IMG/VR virus record: IMGVR_UViG_3300025137_000023 | Coordinates: 19,291 to 83,290 of that record | Length of the DNA: 64,000 nt | Reading direction: 5' to 3' (one strand) | DNA from: a virus | Shown here: piece by piece, positions 46,851-57,001 of the stretch | Numbering within the stretch: position 1 is the first letter of the stretch | Layout: every line of letters starts with the position of its first letter | Notes under the pieces: generated by a model | Databases searched by the model: none | Seen by the model: only the letters and a program-made list of their open reading frames with translations | What the model was told of the DNA's origin: nothing | Made by a program: the position numbers and the translations under genes

Positions 46851-47950
46851 AAACCTGCTCTAGAATCTTTCTCCATAGAATCCAGTGCAGATTGACTAGT
46901 TATTCCGTTAAACTTATTACAACAATGATCTGATCCATATACTAATAAGTTTGGATTATAGTCTACTAACGTTTCTATAAAACGTTTTGCATTCATATGA
47001 CTTTGTTCGCTTGTTTTATTGACATTTGCTGGTTGTCTTTTTAATGCACCATTATACCAAAACACACTTGAATCATATGCTTTATGTTCTGCAAGTATTC
47101 TTTTAAAAGAACTGTTATCTCCTAGGTTACAAACATAATAATTATGGTTACATTTTTGATAAAGTTTCCAATGTTCAATCCAACTCTTTTTTGTCCATTT
47201 TTTATCCATATGTTCTAACACATGATGAGTAGGTCTATGCCCACGTCTAAATTGTTTACCATTAAAGACTGTTAGTAGTGGAAATTTCTCATATAAATGG
47301 TCCATCCAACTTAAATAATCTTCACCATCCCAATTTTCTATTGTGTATTTTCGTACTGCTAAACTGCTTTTGCTTATATCAATATGGTTTACAATAGTGT
47401 TACTATCAAAGCCAGCATCTTGTAAGATATAGTTAATATAGAAGCCGGAACTCACTGTCATTGCCCATTTAACCGGTTTATCCAGCCCGTACACGGGCTC
47501 AGGTATCTCATTATGTACAATGTAAGCCAAGTTTGAGTTCTTTAAAACCATGTCTATTGCACTATCATGAGTAGCACTAAAAGTATTAGAATTTTGTGGG
47601 TTTACTTGGGTAAAGTTATATGGTAGTTTAATTTCTCCAGTATTTTTACCCGATGGACAATAAATTAAAGCAGGTCCTACTGTTGTATATTTGTATTGTC
47701 CTAGTTGTGGCTGAATAGCTCTTTGGAAATATGAATAAGGAAATATAACACCCGGTTTAACTGCAATAGCGAATTCGTAATCTTTAAAGTTGTTCCAATT
47801 CAAGGTTTTGGTTTCATAAAAATGCCAATCAGCATTTTCATCAAATCGGTCTGCCATGCAGTAATCAAAATTAAGTTTTGTGTAATTGGTGGCGACCTTG
47901 TAGAACCATGTGTCCACTGGATTATCGTGAACTATTATAAAAGCCTTCAT
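46835..47950 (-). CDS. Hypothetical protein (first gene of a putative modification operon)
   Basis: 371 aa; late TAAATA at 47974-47979. Confidence 0.65.
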   Translation of the reverse strand: MKAFIIVHDNPVDTWFYKVATNYTKLNFDYCMADRFDENADWHFYETKTLNWNNFKDYEFAIAVKPGVIFPYSYFQRAIQPQLGQYKYTTVGPALIYCPSGKNTGEIKLPYNFTQVNPQNSNTFSATHDSAIDMVLKNSNLAYIVHNEIPEPVYGLDKPVKWAMTVSSGFYINYILQDAGFDSNTIVNHIDISKSSLAVRKYTIENWDGEDYLSWMDHLYEKFPLLTVFNGKQFRRGHRPTHHVLEHMDKKWTKKSWIEHWKLYQKCNHNYYVCNLGDNSSFKRILAEHKAYDSSVFWYNGALKRQPANVNKTSEQSHMNAKRFIETLVDYNPNLLVYGSDHCCNKFNGITSQSALDSMEKDSRAGLWKQI

Positions 47951-47987
47951 TTTTCACCTTATAATTATAGTAGTATTTATCCGTGCC

Positions 47988-48019
47988 AAAAGGTGATGAC
48001 ACATATGAGTATCATCACC
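47988..48019 (-). terminator. Terminator after tRNA-Arg
   Basis: GGTGATGA...TCATCACC followed by TTTT. Confidence 0.7.
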
Positions 48020-48024
48020 GTTAT

Positions 48025-48102
48025 TGGCCTCTCGAACAGGACTCGAACCTGTGACCTACGGTTTAGAAGACCGTTGCTCTAATCCAACTGAGCTACCGAG
48101 AG
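48025..48102 (-). tRNA. tRNA-Arg(UCU)
   Basis: CTCTCGG/TCGAGAG acceptor, ACGGT-CTTCTAA-ACCGT anticodon arm, GCCA end. Confidence 0.93.
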
Positions 48103-48112
48103 TAAAAATTCT

Positions 48113-48679
48113 CTACAGTTTCTCTAAATCGGATAATGCTTTTTCAGTAAGATTGTTCTTAAACTTTTTGTCTTCCTGTGTTGCTTTATATTCTAAAACA
48201 TCATTAGTACCATTAATTGGATACTCAAGAAGAACATAAGCTCGAACTTTACCGCTTTCTAGCTCTAGTACTTTGTGTTTGATTTTATAACCTGCTACGT
48301 TTACGCCATTAATAACGTTTTGTGTAGCCTGTGTATTAATCTCAGACCCATTAGTTTTAATACTTTTGCTTTTCTGAGAAAGTTCGCCTTGCAGTCTATC
48401 TGCTAACATAACTTTTGCTCTAAGAATAGCAATATCTAATGAGTATTGTGGATCATCTGAAACACCTGTACCAGCCGCATACACGGCATAATCGCTAGTT
48501 GGAGTTTTCAAATACCATTTCGGCATTTCGTCAATAGTATTTTCTAAGGCTTTTTCTTTAGCCTTCATTTTTTCTTTTTGCAGTTTAGCAAGACTTTCAG
48601 GACTCCCTGGCGTCATACTACTACAAGCCGAAAGAAATACTACACCTACTAGTGCAATTATAGTTGTTACTTTGTTCAT
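48113..48679 (-). CDS. LPP20-like lipoprotein
   Basis: Lipobox LSAC; PKWY...YAAGTG.S...A...A pattern; start MNKVTT. Confidence 0.65.
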   Translation of the reverse strand: MNKVTTIIALVGVVFLSACSSMTPGSPESLAKLQKEKMKAKEKALENTIDEMPKWYLKTPTSDYAVYAAGTGVSDDPQYSLDIAILRAKVMLADRLQGELSQKSKSIKTNGSEINTQATQNVINGVNVAGYKIKHKVLELESGKVRAYVLLEYPINGTNDVLEYKATQEDKKFKNNLTEKALSDLEKL

Positions 48680-48689
48680 TTTTTCCTCT

Positions 48690-49226
48690 TTACCAGTTTT
48701 CGATTCCGACCCATTGGCCCGGACCGATTTCACAAGCGGGTTTACTTATTGTATACAACTTGCCTGCTTGTTCGACAGTTTGTACAAAGTACTTACAGGT
48801 AAAACCTTTGTAAGTAAATTCTGGTTCGTAACCTGTTTTTTGTGTGTAATCACTATTGTCATCACATACCATATATTGGTTACTAATAATTCTTTCTGCA
48901 CCTGCAATTCTAATTACTTCAATTTGTGCATTTTTTAAGGCTTGGTTACAAACATAAGTTGTATCCGAGTGTCCAGTTGCTTTACCGTATGCAGGATACC
49001 ATTGACCACCTATCATTGCATTAAACATAACACTACATTGTTTTGTACCGTCTTGATTCTTTAATACACTTCTGTTTACACTATCATATCGAGTAATTTG
49101 TGTAACACTTGATGTTTCTGTAGTCGAAACTACTTTACATCTATCATTAGCATAACTAGTACCCGATAGGCACATTAGTAAAACAATGATCCCGAATCTG
49201 ACTTTGTTTAAGATCGATGACTGCAT
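48690..49226 (-). CDS. Secreted Cys-containing protein
   Basis: Signal peptide (SYA). Confidence 0.55.
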   Translation of the reverse strand: MQSSILNKVRFGIIVLLMCLSGTSYANDRCKVVSTTETSSVTQITRYDSVNRSVLKNQDGTKQCSVMFNAMIGGQWYPAYGKATGHSDTTYVCNQALKNAQIEVIRIAGAERIISNQYMVCDDNSDYTQKTGYEPEFTYKGFTCKYFVQTVEQAGKLYTISKPACEIGPGQWVGIENW

Positions 49227-49521
49227 TTCTTAATCCACTCCTTGTTGTATATGCCCATTTACGTTTTCCTGTAAATTCAGCATAAATTTGACCAGCTCTA
49301 GTATTAGTATACACGGCTGAGGTAAGTTTGTCAACCTTGTCACTTCGTTGTTCTTCTAGCCAAGAATATTGGGCTTTTGCTATATTACAGTCAATCACTA
49401 AATGATTGATTTTCTCAAAATTCATATCTGCCGTAGAAGTACGGTGAATACTTTGTGGTTGAGTAGTCGCCGAACAGGCTCCTAAACTAATTGCCAAACA
49501 TACTAGTAACAGGTATTTCAT
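49156..49521 (-). CDS. Lipoprotein
   Basis: Lipobox LGAC. Confidence 0.6.
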   Translation of the reverse strand: MKYLLLVCLAISLGACSATTQPQSIHRTSTADMNFEKINHLVIDCNIAKAQYSWLEEQRSDKVDKLTSAVYTNTRAGQIYAEFTGKRKWAYTTRSGLRNAVIDLKQSQIRDHCFTNVPIGY

Positions 49522-51867
49522 GTTTCTTTCCAGTTTTATTATCGACTAATTTAAACTCTAAATTATGCCAGTTATACTTTTGGTTGTTTATAATATCGTA
49601 TTCAACTTGAACTGTAAATTTTGAAGAATCAACATCACGTTGAACTGTTGATTGTAACTGCTTGGCGGCAAATACTGCCTTTGCGTCTATAATATTATCC
49701 ATTATGCTTCGTCCATCTTCTGATTCGCTAAATCTATTAATAAATCTGTATGTTTCATTTGTGTTGAGTAATTGTCGTAATCACTTACTAGTTGTTTTAT
49801 CATATCCATGGTAGGTTGTGGTATTTTTTCTATACCCAATGCTTTGTTCATATGAACAATACCACTTAATATACCCATTGCCCGGTGGGCACACATGGCT
49901 CTTTGCTCGGATAATTTCTTAACTTGCACGAAGTAATTATCTCTAGGACTATTTGGCACTATACGACTCCATAAATTCTAGTTCCATTTGTTTTTCAAAT
50001 TGAATAACTTGGTCCTGTTTCTTTGTAACCATATTTTCAATTATGCCAATACCTTGTTGCTTTTCATCACTTGCTCCCTCTTTAATAAGAACTAGTGCTG
50101 AATTAAGATCTTCAATGTCTGTTAAAACATCAATCATAATATAACCTTTCAAACTCTTTTAATGACCAAAACTCTTCAATTGACAAGCCTGTCATTGTTA
50201 AACAGTAAATACCAAAACATACTGCGGCGAACATTATAGCTCTATCTTTCATACTAAATCCTCTCAAAAAATCTGTTCTGGGTCTTTTCCAGTAACAGTA
50301 AACATTTTAACTATAGTTCCATCTACTTGGTCTTTAGTTAAAAATCCTTTAACTGTATCACCTTGTTCAGTAATACCATCTATCTCTGTCATTTCGTTAT
50401 GTTTAAATGCACAAATTTCATACATACCATCTTTACCACCATACGAACCAATATGTTTAACAATACTCAATTCGTAATCACCAAACTTTAACCTAACTTG
50501 AAATGGATTTGGATCTCCAAAAAACATTTTAGGTGTTGCAGTATTTTTATATTGATCTAACCTACTCATTTTATAAATCCATCCTCTACTGTATACGTTG
50601 AATTAAGTTTATGGATAATTGTCTTACCTACTTGCTGAACCCATTCATTGTCAAAGTTCAATTCCATCCAGTCCTTAACCTTAAATGCCTTATCAACTAA
50701 CTGTTCATGTGTCATAGAACAAACTCTATTTTTTAGATATGTTGTATCTATGAAACTAACTACTTTATTCATATTTTACTCCTACTTAAACTTTTCAAAT
50801 GCTTGAGTAACAAAGTTAAGGATACCGTCAACATTAAAATCACTGCTGAACTGTTCCCAACCATTACCAATCATTGGATACACTGCTAAAAAGATTGCTA
50901 CTAAAATTGCCAACCTAATCATAATTACCTCTAGACTTTCCCTACAATCATTGAATTGTAGATTTTTGTAACTGTTCGACCGAAAGGTGTAGCACCTGCA
51001 TTCTGTATTTCGCAAGTCTTTTTATTCATCTTAACAATCGTTCCAGTTTTAACAACACCTTTGTTTTCCCACTGTACAGTGTCGCCTTTCTTAACCATAC
51101 GACCAATTCGTGTGGCAATAAAAGTCTGTTGGTCTCTCCATGCTTGTGCGAGGACGTTTAAATCAGTTTGAGTACGGATTGCCTGTATGGCAGTAAGTGC
51201 CGTATCAAGTTCTTTACTATTCATTAGTCTGCTCTCCCTTGTCCATAGGCTCTAATTCCATAACTCTGCAATACGTTTGCAAAGGCTTCAACGGCAACTT
51301 CTTTAACGTCTAAAGATTGTGTATGCCTTTGTGGATGACCTTTTGGCATAATATCATAATACGAAAGTCTATATCCTCTAGGATATCCTTTAGAACCAAT
51401 ACCTTCACGTTTACAAAATGTTATAAAATTACCTCTTGCAGGGTAAATTTGAATACTACCAAAACCACAATACATCGGTTCACCGTGTTCAGCAACATAC
51501 TTGTTAACTTCTTTTACTGCTTTTGCACAGGCTTCATTCCAAATAACTTTAGTGTCTACACACTCACCATTAAACTTTAATAATTCTGCTGATTGTAACA
51601 TTAATGCACCACCTTTTCTTTAATAAATGCTTCTAAATATTCTGGATTACTAGTTTGTAAAGTAACAACAGGACCAAAGTATTTGTCAAAAACTCTTAAC
51701 AAATTAACATAATCACCTTTTGTCATTTTCTTTTCAATTTTAGTAAAATCCACGCCAATTTGTTTACATAGGTTTTTTGCAACACCAAGTAAATAAAATG
51801 CATTTCCATTTGGGCCATCTAAGTCAATAACTATGTTATCTACTGGACCTTTTGCTTCTATTGTCAT
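49487..51867 (-). other. Run of small coupled early hypothetical genes (49487-49702, 49702-49959, 49949-50152, 50264-50569, 50566-50772, 50782-50922, 50931-51224, 51224-51601, 51601-51867)
   Basis: Tightly packed minus-strand ORFs downstream of the early promoter at 51899-51928. Confidence 0.6.
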
Positions 51868-51898
51868 TTATTGCTCCTTTTTGTTAACTTACTATTAT

Positions 51899-51928
51899 AT
51901 AATAACACAAATCGTCTATCTGTCAACC
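51899..51928 (-). promoter_or_regulatory. Early promoter cassette copy
   Basis: GGTTGACAGATA...GTGTTATTAT, 16 bp spacer. Confidence 0.75.
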
Positions 51929-51930
51929 TT

Positions 51931-52611
51931 TTATTCATCATAAAACTTAATTAATATCTTTTCTACTGCTTTTGCTTTATTTTTAACTAGTTTTGTATAA
52001 TCAGGATTGGTACTCCACTTATGTAATTGGTCAATTTGAGCACCTATATCAATTACTCCAGATTCGATTTGAAGGGTTCTTAGAGTGCGAAATCCTTCGT
52101 ATGCCGGGTGTCTATTAATTGTTTTAATCATATCAAGCACACTATCGCACTTGGTTTTATACTTTTTTACACCAAATTTTGCTTTAAGATTTCCTAAAGG
52201 TTTTAGTTGAGGTACTGAGTCAGTCCATGTTCTAATACCAAATAAATTGTTACCTTCTATAGCAAATCTACTAGTTCCATAACCTGTTTCTAATACAGCC
52301 ATTGCAATAATAATATCTCTATGAACCCTAACGTTGTGATCTAAAGATAAGTTATGGTAGTTAATGCATTTACCTACTGCAATAACAAATTCTGTATTAT
52401 TACTGTATATAATAGTTGGTGCTTGGTACCCAAATGATTTCCATTCACTTATAATTTTTTGTTCTGCAACTTTTTCAATCTTTTGAACTACCCAATTATT
52501 AGGATAAAATGTTCCTGCCGCATAAACCATAAAAGAAAAGAATATAACACCAGAAATGTATATTGTCCATTTCTTAATTTTTCTAAAAATTGCTTTAGTA
52601 TGATTATCCAC
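51931..52611 (-). CDS. Glucosaminidase (GH73/Bax-like), membrane anchored
   Basis: AVLETGYGTSRFA, NNLFGI and STNPDY motifs. Confidence 0.8.
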   Translation of the reverse strand: MDNHTKAIFRKIKKWTIYISGVIFFSFMVYAAGTFYPNNWVVQKIEKVAEQKIISEWKSFGYQAPTIIYSNNTEFVIAVGKCINYHNLSLDHNVRVHRDIIIAMAVLETGYGTSRFAIEGNNLFGIRTWTDSVPQLKPLGNLKAKFGVKKYKTKCDSVLDMIKTINRHPAYEGFRTLRTLQIESGVIDIGAQIDQLHKWSTNPDYTKLVKNKAKAVEKILIKFYDE

Positions 52612-52957
52612 TAACTGCTCCTGATTCTAATGCATAAGTATCAATTACAACATCACCATCTTCTTCTGCATATTCGTTATCTTCATCATATGCAACCTTT
52701 CCTAAGAAAGTTGTATTATCTGAATCCGTATAATTAGCATCTACTACAGTCGTTTCTACTCCGTCAGTTGCTTCTGCAAGATCCGAATTAACATTTGAAT
52801 GATTTATTCCACCACCATCTAGAAACTTTTTATCTGCTTCATCTTGGTCGTTTGCTAGAACGTGTTGTTCTATCATAACTGTATAATAAGTTTTTTTGGA
52901 ATATAAGTTCTTACCTATATCATCTTTATTAAAATAAACGTCTGTGTCTATACTCAT
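52604..52957 (-). CDS. Acidic hypothetical protein
   Basis: 117 aa; AGGAGA RBS. Confidence 0.6.
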   Translation of the reverse strand: MSIDTDVYFNKDDIGKNLYSKKTYYTVMIEQHVLANDQDEADKKFLDGGGINHSNVNSDLAEATDGVETTVVDANYTDSDNTTFLGKVAYDEDNEYAEEDGDVVIDTYALESGAVSG

Positions 52958-53118
52958 ATGTTCTCCTATTTGTTTAATGGTTGCATTAAAGGAATCATTA
53001 TATTTGGGTCCGGAAACACTTCGTCTTGAAGTTGTTTGATTGAGACCGACATATAAATTAATAATCCTAAAATTGCTATTTTTATTATTGTATCTATTTG
53101 TTTAGTCATCTTTCTCCT

Positions 53119-53373
53119 TTATTGTTTCGGTATTGTTGGTAATGGATTAGCATTTGGGTTACCTTTTGTATTTGTTCCTCTTGCTATATCTTTAATAATT
53201 TGAGCACCTTCTTCATGTGCTGAATCGTCCCAAGTTCCATTTTTTGTTTTTTGATCTATTTGGTAAATTGTTTTACCAACTGTTAAAATATCTTTACCAG
53301 TAACTGCACCTGTTTCTGCAACACCAACTACTGTTACCCAAATTGCTCCTACTATACCTGCAATACTACTCAT
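53119..53373 (-). CDS. Hypothetical protein
   Basis: 84 aa ORF. Confidence 0.55.
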   Translation of the reverse strand: MSSIAGIVGAIWVTVVGVAETGAVTGKDILTVGKTIYQIDQKTKNGTWDDSAHEEGAQIIKDIARGTNTKGNPNANPLPTIPKQ

Positions 53374-53924
53374 TATGCAACCCTCTTAATTAATGGTTCA
53401 AATTCTTTTTGGTAAGAATAAGGTATGTGTAAACTATAACAGATATAACCTGCATCACTCTCATCTTCCATATTTTCTGCCTGCATAATCCAACGTAATG
53501 CAGTTTCTCTATTACCTGCACCTGAACTAATCATGTCAGTAACTCTTTCTTCAAATTCTTTAATTGCCATTTCTTCTTGCTCTTTTTCTCTAGCAAAATG
53601 TTCTTCATTCTCTTTTGACCAATAATCCATTTCTTTCTTAAATTCTGCATCAGACATATTGTCTGTTTTTGCAACAACAGTACGAGCATAACTCTTACTA
53701 GTACAAGAAGAAACCATTTCGTAAAGAGTAGTTTCATCTAAATACCTGTCTAATTGAGCAGGTGTAGTAACACCATATTCTGCCCAATGTTTAGGATCGC
53801 TAACTAGCATACCACCAAACCTGTTACTTGGATCTTCATCAATCCAAATTTGAGTTTTAGCATTCATCTTTTCAATGTGTTTTACTAGTGCATTCATTTT
53901 TAAATCCTTTTTTGTACTGTTCAT
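53373..53924 (-). CDS. Hypothetical early protein
   Basis: ORF directly after an early promoter. Confidence 0.65.
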   Translation of the reverse strand: MNSTKKDLKMNALVKHIEKMNAKTQIWIDEDPSNRFGGMLVSDPKHWAEYGVTTPAQLDRYLDETTLYEMVSSCTSKSYARTVVAKTDNMSDAEFKKEMDYWSKENEEHFAREKEQEEMAIKEFEERVTDMISSGAGNRETALRWIMQAENMEDESDAGYICYSLHIPYSYQKEFEPLIKRVA

Positions 53925-53930
53925 ACTATT

Positions 53931-53960
53931 ATAATAACACTGTTTGCTTATCTGTCAACC
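53931..53960 (-). promoter_or_regulatory. Early promoter cassette copy
   Basis: GGTTGACAGATA...GTGTTATTAT. Confidence 0.75.
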
Positions 53961-53971
53961 TTTTAAACCAT

Positions 53972-54000
53972 AAAAAAAGCCTTGATAAACAAGGCTTTTT
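53972..54000. terminator. Rho-independent terminator
   Basis: AAAAAAAGCCTTG-ATAAA-CAAGGCTTTTT. Confidence 0.75.
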
Positions 54001-54105
54001 AATCTTTTTTTCACTTAATTACAACCTGAGACACATAACATTAGCATATCTTCATTACCTGCCACTTTAGCCATAATATGTACTACTGCCAGTATTGCAT
54101 AAAAC

Positions 54106-54300
54106 TCAATAAATCCCATTGTACTCATCTCCCTTTAAGACTGTTTCGATTCCTTTAATATGCTTACACTTTACATATGCTGGACAATTACATTCAAATC
54201 CTCTGTCTTGCATAACAACTGTGTACTCGTCGCCCTTGGAACCAATAACGGGCCACTCAACTCCGACTAAATGATGACCTTTTGTTTCTATTTCAGTCAT
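54106..54300 (-). CDS. SWIM zinc-finger protein
   Basis: GSKGDEY.V...CNCP...CKHI. Confidence 0.75.
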   Translation of the reverse strand: MTEIETKGHHLVGVEWPVIGSKGDEYTVVMQDRGFECNCPAYVKCKHIKGIETVLKGDEYNGIY

Positions 54301-55411
54301 CTCTTTTTCCACTACCATAATCAATAACTACAGGAAACCTAGGAATGCCATCATTTGATAACTCAAAATATCTACAAGTTACCCAGGTAGGTTTTTCTGT
54401 GCTTTCCCATAATGCTTTTAATTGTGTTTGCGAACCTCTTACTCCAGAACTAAATGTTCTACCATCTTTCATTGCAAGATTAAACTTTTTAGCATATCCT
54501 GTCCAGTTACCCTGTCCTTGTTCTATGCTTACTATGTCATATTCTTCAGTAATAAATTCTTTTCTCTTTAACAAAGTTTTAGACCTCTTACACTCGTATT
54601 GTGCATCTTGTCTAATCATTTGACCTTCATATCCAGCCTGTGTATATTCTCCGTACAGTCTATCAATATCTGCAGATGTATCTGCTTTATCAGTTGAAAC
54701 TAAAACAATTTTATTACCTGCAACATTATCTGCTAACCACTTGCTTCTTGTAGTAAACGTCATTGATGTATTGTTTTTATCAAACATATCGTAAATGTGA
54801 TATTCAACTTTTTCTGAACTTTCTGCAATCTCTTCTGGTCTACACTTTACTTTTCTTACAAGAGAAACAATCTTCTGAAAGTCTGCTTTAAGTTCATGAT
54901 TATAAAGTTCACCATCTAGTACTATATCTGGATTTGCTTCGATAATATGTTTTACACTTTCCCAAATATGAGGACAACTATTAATAGGCTTTCCTCCTCT
55001 AGTATGCATACCATTTTTATCAACTACACATCTTATACCATCTAGTTTAGGTTGTGTGTATCCACTATCAACAGGAGTTTTTGTAAAATCATGTGCTAAC
55101 ATAGGTTTAAATAATTCGTAACTATCTACGTCTTTTACATTTTCAAAATACTCTTTATCTGCTTTTTTAGTCCACTCGCTTTGTGCTTCTGCCATAGCCT
55201 GTGTTTTAGAAGTAGTAGCATTTGACCTACCAGTATTTTTAGCAACTGAAATATTCCATTCACCTGTAATCTTTTGACCGTCAACTAAACCAGAGATAGT
55301 TCTAATACCTGCAACGTCCTCAGAATCAAAACCATATTCAATAGTCCAAATTCTCAATTTACCTTTTGTGTCTCTTTTATAAAGACTTGCTAAACTAGTA
55401 ATATTCTGCAT
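54293..55411 (-). CDS. lig: ATP-dependent DNA ligase
   Basis: QPKLDGIR, LDGELY, GYEGQMIR, LLKRK and PRFP motifs. Confidence 0.92.
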   Translation of the reverse strand: MQNITSLASLYKRDTKGKLRIWTIEYGFDSEDVAGIRTISGLVDGQKITGEWNISVAKNTGRSNATTSKTQAMAEAQSEWTKKADKEYFENVKDVDSYELFKPMLAHDFTKTPVDSGYTQPKLDGIRCVVDKNGMHTRGGKPINSCPHIWESVKHIIEANPDIVLDGELYNHELKADFQKIVSLVRKVKCRPEEIAESSEKVEYHIYDMFDKNNTSMTFTTRSKWLADNVAGNKIVLVSTDKADTSADIDRLYGEYTQAGYEGQMIRQDAQYECKRSKTLLKRKEFITEEYDIVSIEQGQGNWTGYAKKFNLAMKDGRTFSSGVRGSQTQLKALWESTEKPTWVTCRYFELSNDGIPRFPVVIDYGSGKRDD

Positions 55412-55413
55412 AT

Positions 55414-55746
55414 TTACCATCCCCTCGCTTCTGCTATTTGTTGAATACATATCATAAAATTTTCTTTACTAGGAGTTAATCCGTTTTGCTTACACAATTT
55501 TTTTGCTTGTGGAGTAACAAAGCCTTTAGACTCTAAAATATCTAACGGACTTTCACCTGCGTTGTATCTACTAAAGTATTCATCTGTTGTGAAATTTTTA
55601 ATTAAAAATGCTTTAAAAGAACCAGCAAATTTTTGGTATTTAAATCTAGCAACAAACTCATTGTTACCATAATGTTGTCCAGGCTTAAGATTATACATTA
55701 AGTACATTCCATCATATTCGAAGTTTTCTTTAGTAAATTTGTTCAT
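55414..55746 (-). CDS. Hypothetical early protein
   Basis: 110 aa; AAGGAG RBS. Confidence 0.6.
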   Translation of the reverse strand: MNKFTKENFEYDGMYLMYNLKPGQHYGNNEFVARFKYQKFAGSFKAFLIKNFTTDEYFSRYNAGESPLDILESKGFVTPQAKKLCKQNGLTPSKENFMICIQQIAEARGW

Positions 55747-55779
55747 TTATTCTCCTTTTTGTTATTAACTTATATTATA

Positions 55780-55809
55780 ATAATAGCACCTTTACACTAT
55801 CTGTCAACC
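55780..55809 (-). promoter_or_regulatory. Early promoter cassette copy
   Basis: GGTTGACAGATA...GTGCTATTAT. Confidence 0.75.
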
Positions 55810-55838
55810 TTTTATATGGCTATTTCTGCCTTATTTTA

Positions 55839-56003
55839 CTAGGTTTTTTTAACAAAAACCCACTTAACTACAGTAAAAGGATCACCAACTTTGAATATTT
55901 GTGCGTCTATTCCTAGTGTACGAGCAAATTTAACTGCTTCTTTTACTGTTGGAAACTGGTGATTAAAGATTGTGCCTGTTTGGCTAGTGAATACATCGAA
56001 CAT
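55839..56003 (-). CDS. Small hypothetical protein
   Basis: Hand-translated 54 aa MFDVFTSQTG...; AGGAG RBS; early promoter copy at 56036-56065. Confidence 0.6.
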   Translation of the reverse strand: MFDVFTSQTGTIFNHQFPTVKEAVKFARTLGIDAQIFKVGDPFTVVKWVFVKKT

Positions 56004-56085
56004 TAACTTCTCCTGTTTGCTTAAATTACTATTTTATAATAACACCTTTTGCCAATCTGTCAACCTTTTTTGGTTAAATAATTGT

Positions 56086-56325
56086 ATGAGTTATCGCTTT
56101 AATAATCTAACCCTTGTATACGATTCAGCCAAGGCTAAACTGTACAAAGAAGGTCGTTTACTGTTCATGGGTGATGGTTATGTCGCTATAAAAATGTTTA
56201 TAGACGAATCAAATAATGATATTAGTGTATTGGAGATGTTTAAATCACGTATCGATGCACGTGAATTGATAAAGCAGAGATCTTTATCAGAAAAGAAAAA
56301 ACTATCCGACGAAAGCCTTCTCTAA
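56086..56325 (+). CDS. Small late hypothetical protein
   Basis: MSYRFNNL...; TAAATA lies 5 nt upstream. Confidence 0.6.
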   Translation: MSYRFNNLTLVYDSAKAKLYKEGRLLFMGDGYVAIKMFIDESNNDISVLEMFKSRIDARELIKQRSLSEKKKLSDESLL

Positions 56326-57000
56326 TGTAAATGTTCCGGCGGTACGTTTGTTACCTTCTTCGAAACCTTTTTCTTCTAATCTTTTTTTCATTTCCAAGTT
56401 AAACTCCATACTACCACAAATCATAACTTTATCATTTTTTGGTGTTATATCGTCCCACATACCTGCGTCGATATACTTGGTAATTCTGCCTGGATTTTTA
56501 AATTCTTCTCTAGTTACTGTAGGAAGATATTCTATATCACATTCTTCTAAAAAGTTGTTGTAGGATCTTAAATCTTTTGCATAAGGTACTGTCCAGCAAA
56601 GTTTAATATTATCAAAATGGTCATATGTAGTTGGATCTCTTAATAAACTAATAAAAGGTGCAATACCTGTACCAGTTGCCATTAAGTGTAACGTTCCACC
56701 TAACTCTAAATTGTTAAGTGTTAGTGTTCCTGTTGGCTTATCGCTAATATATAAAAACTTACCTGGTTCAATATGTTGTAGTTTACTTGTCAACGGTCCA
56801 TCTGGAACTTTAATACTATAAAATTCTAAATAATCATCATAAGGGCCACTTGTATATGAGTATGCTCTTTTAAGTTTTTCTTCAGGAAAACCTATCATAG
56901 TAAATTCGCCTGCCACAAATCTGTATGTTGGTGGTCTTTCTAATTTAATTCTAAATAACTTATCCGTGTAATGTGTAACTTCTATAACTTCTAGATTCAT
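56302..57000 (-). CDS. fpr: Ferredoxin-NADP+ reductase
   Basis: RAYS, GPLTS, ATGTGIAPF, ICGS and EKAF motifs. Confidence 0.9.
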   Translation of the reverse strand: MNLEVIEVTHYTDKLFRIKLERPPTYRFVAGEFTMIGFPEEKLKRAYSYTSGPYDDYLEFYSIKVPDGPLTSKLQHIEPGKFLYISDKPTGTLTLNNLELGGTLHLMATGTGIAPFISLLRDPTTYDHFDNIKLCWTVPYAKDLRSYNNFLEECDIEYLPTVTREEFKNPGRITKYIDAGMWDDITPKNDKVMICGSMEFNLEMKKRLEEKGFEEGNKRTAGTFTLEKAFVG

Positions 57001-57001
57001 A

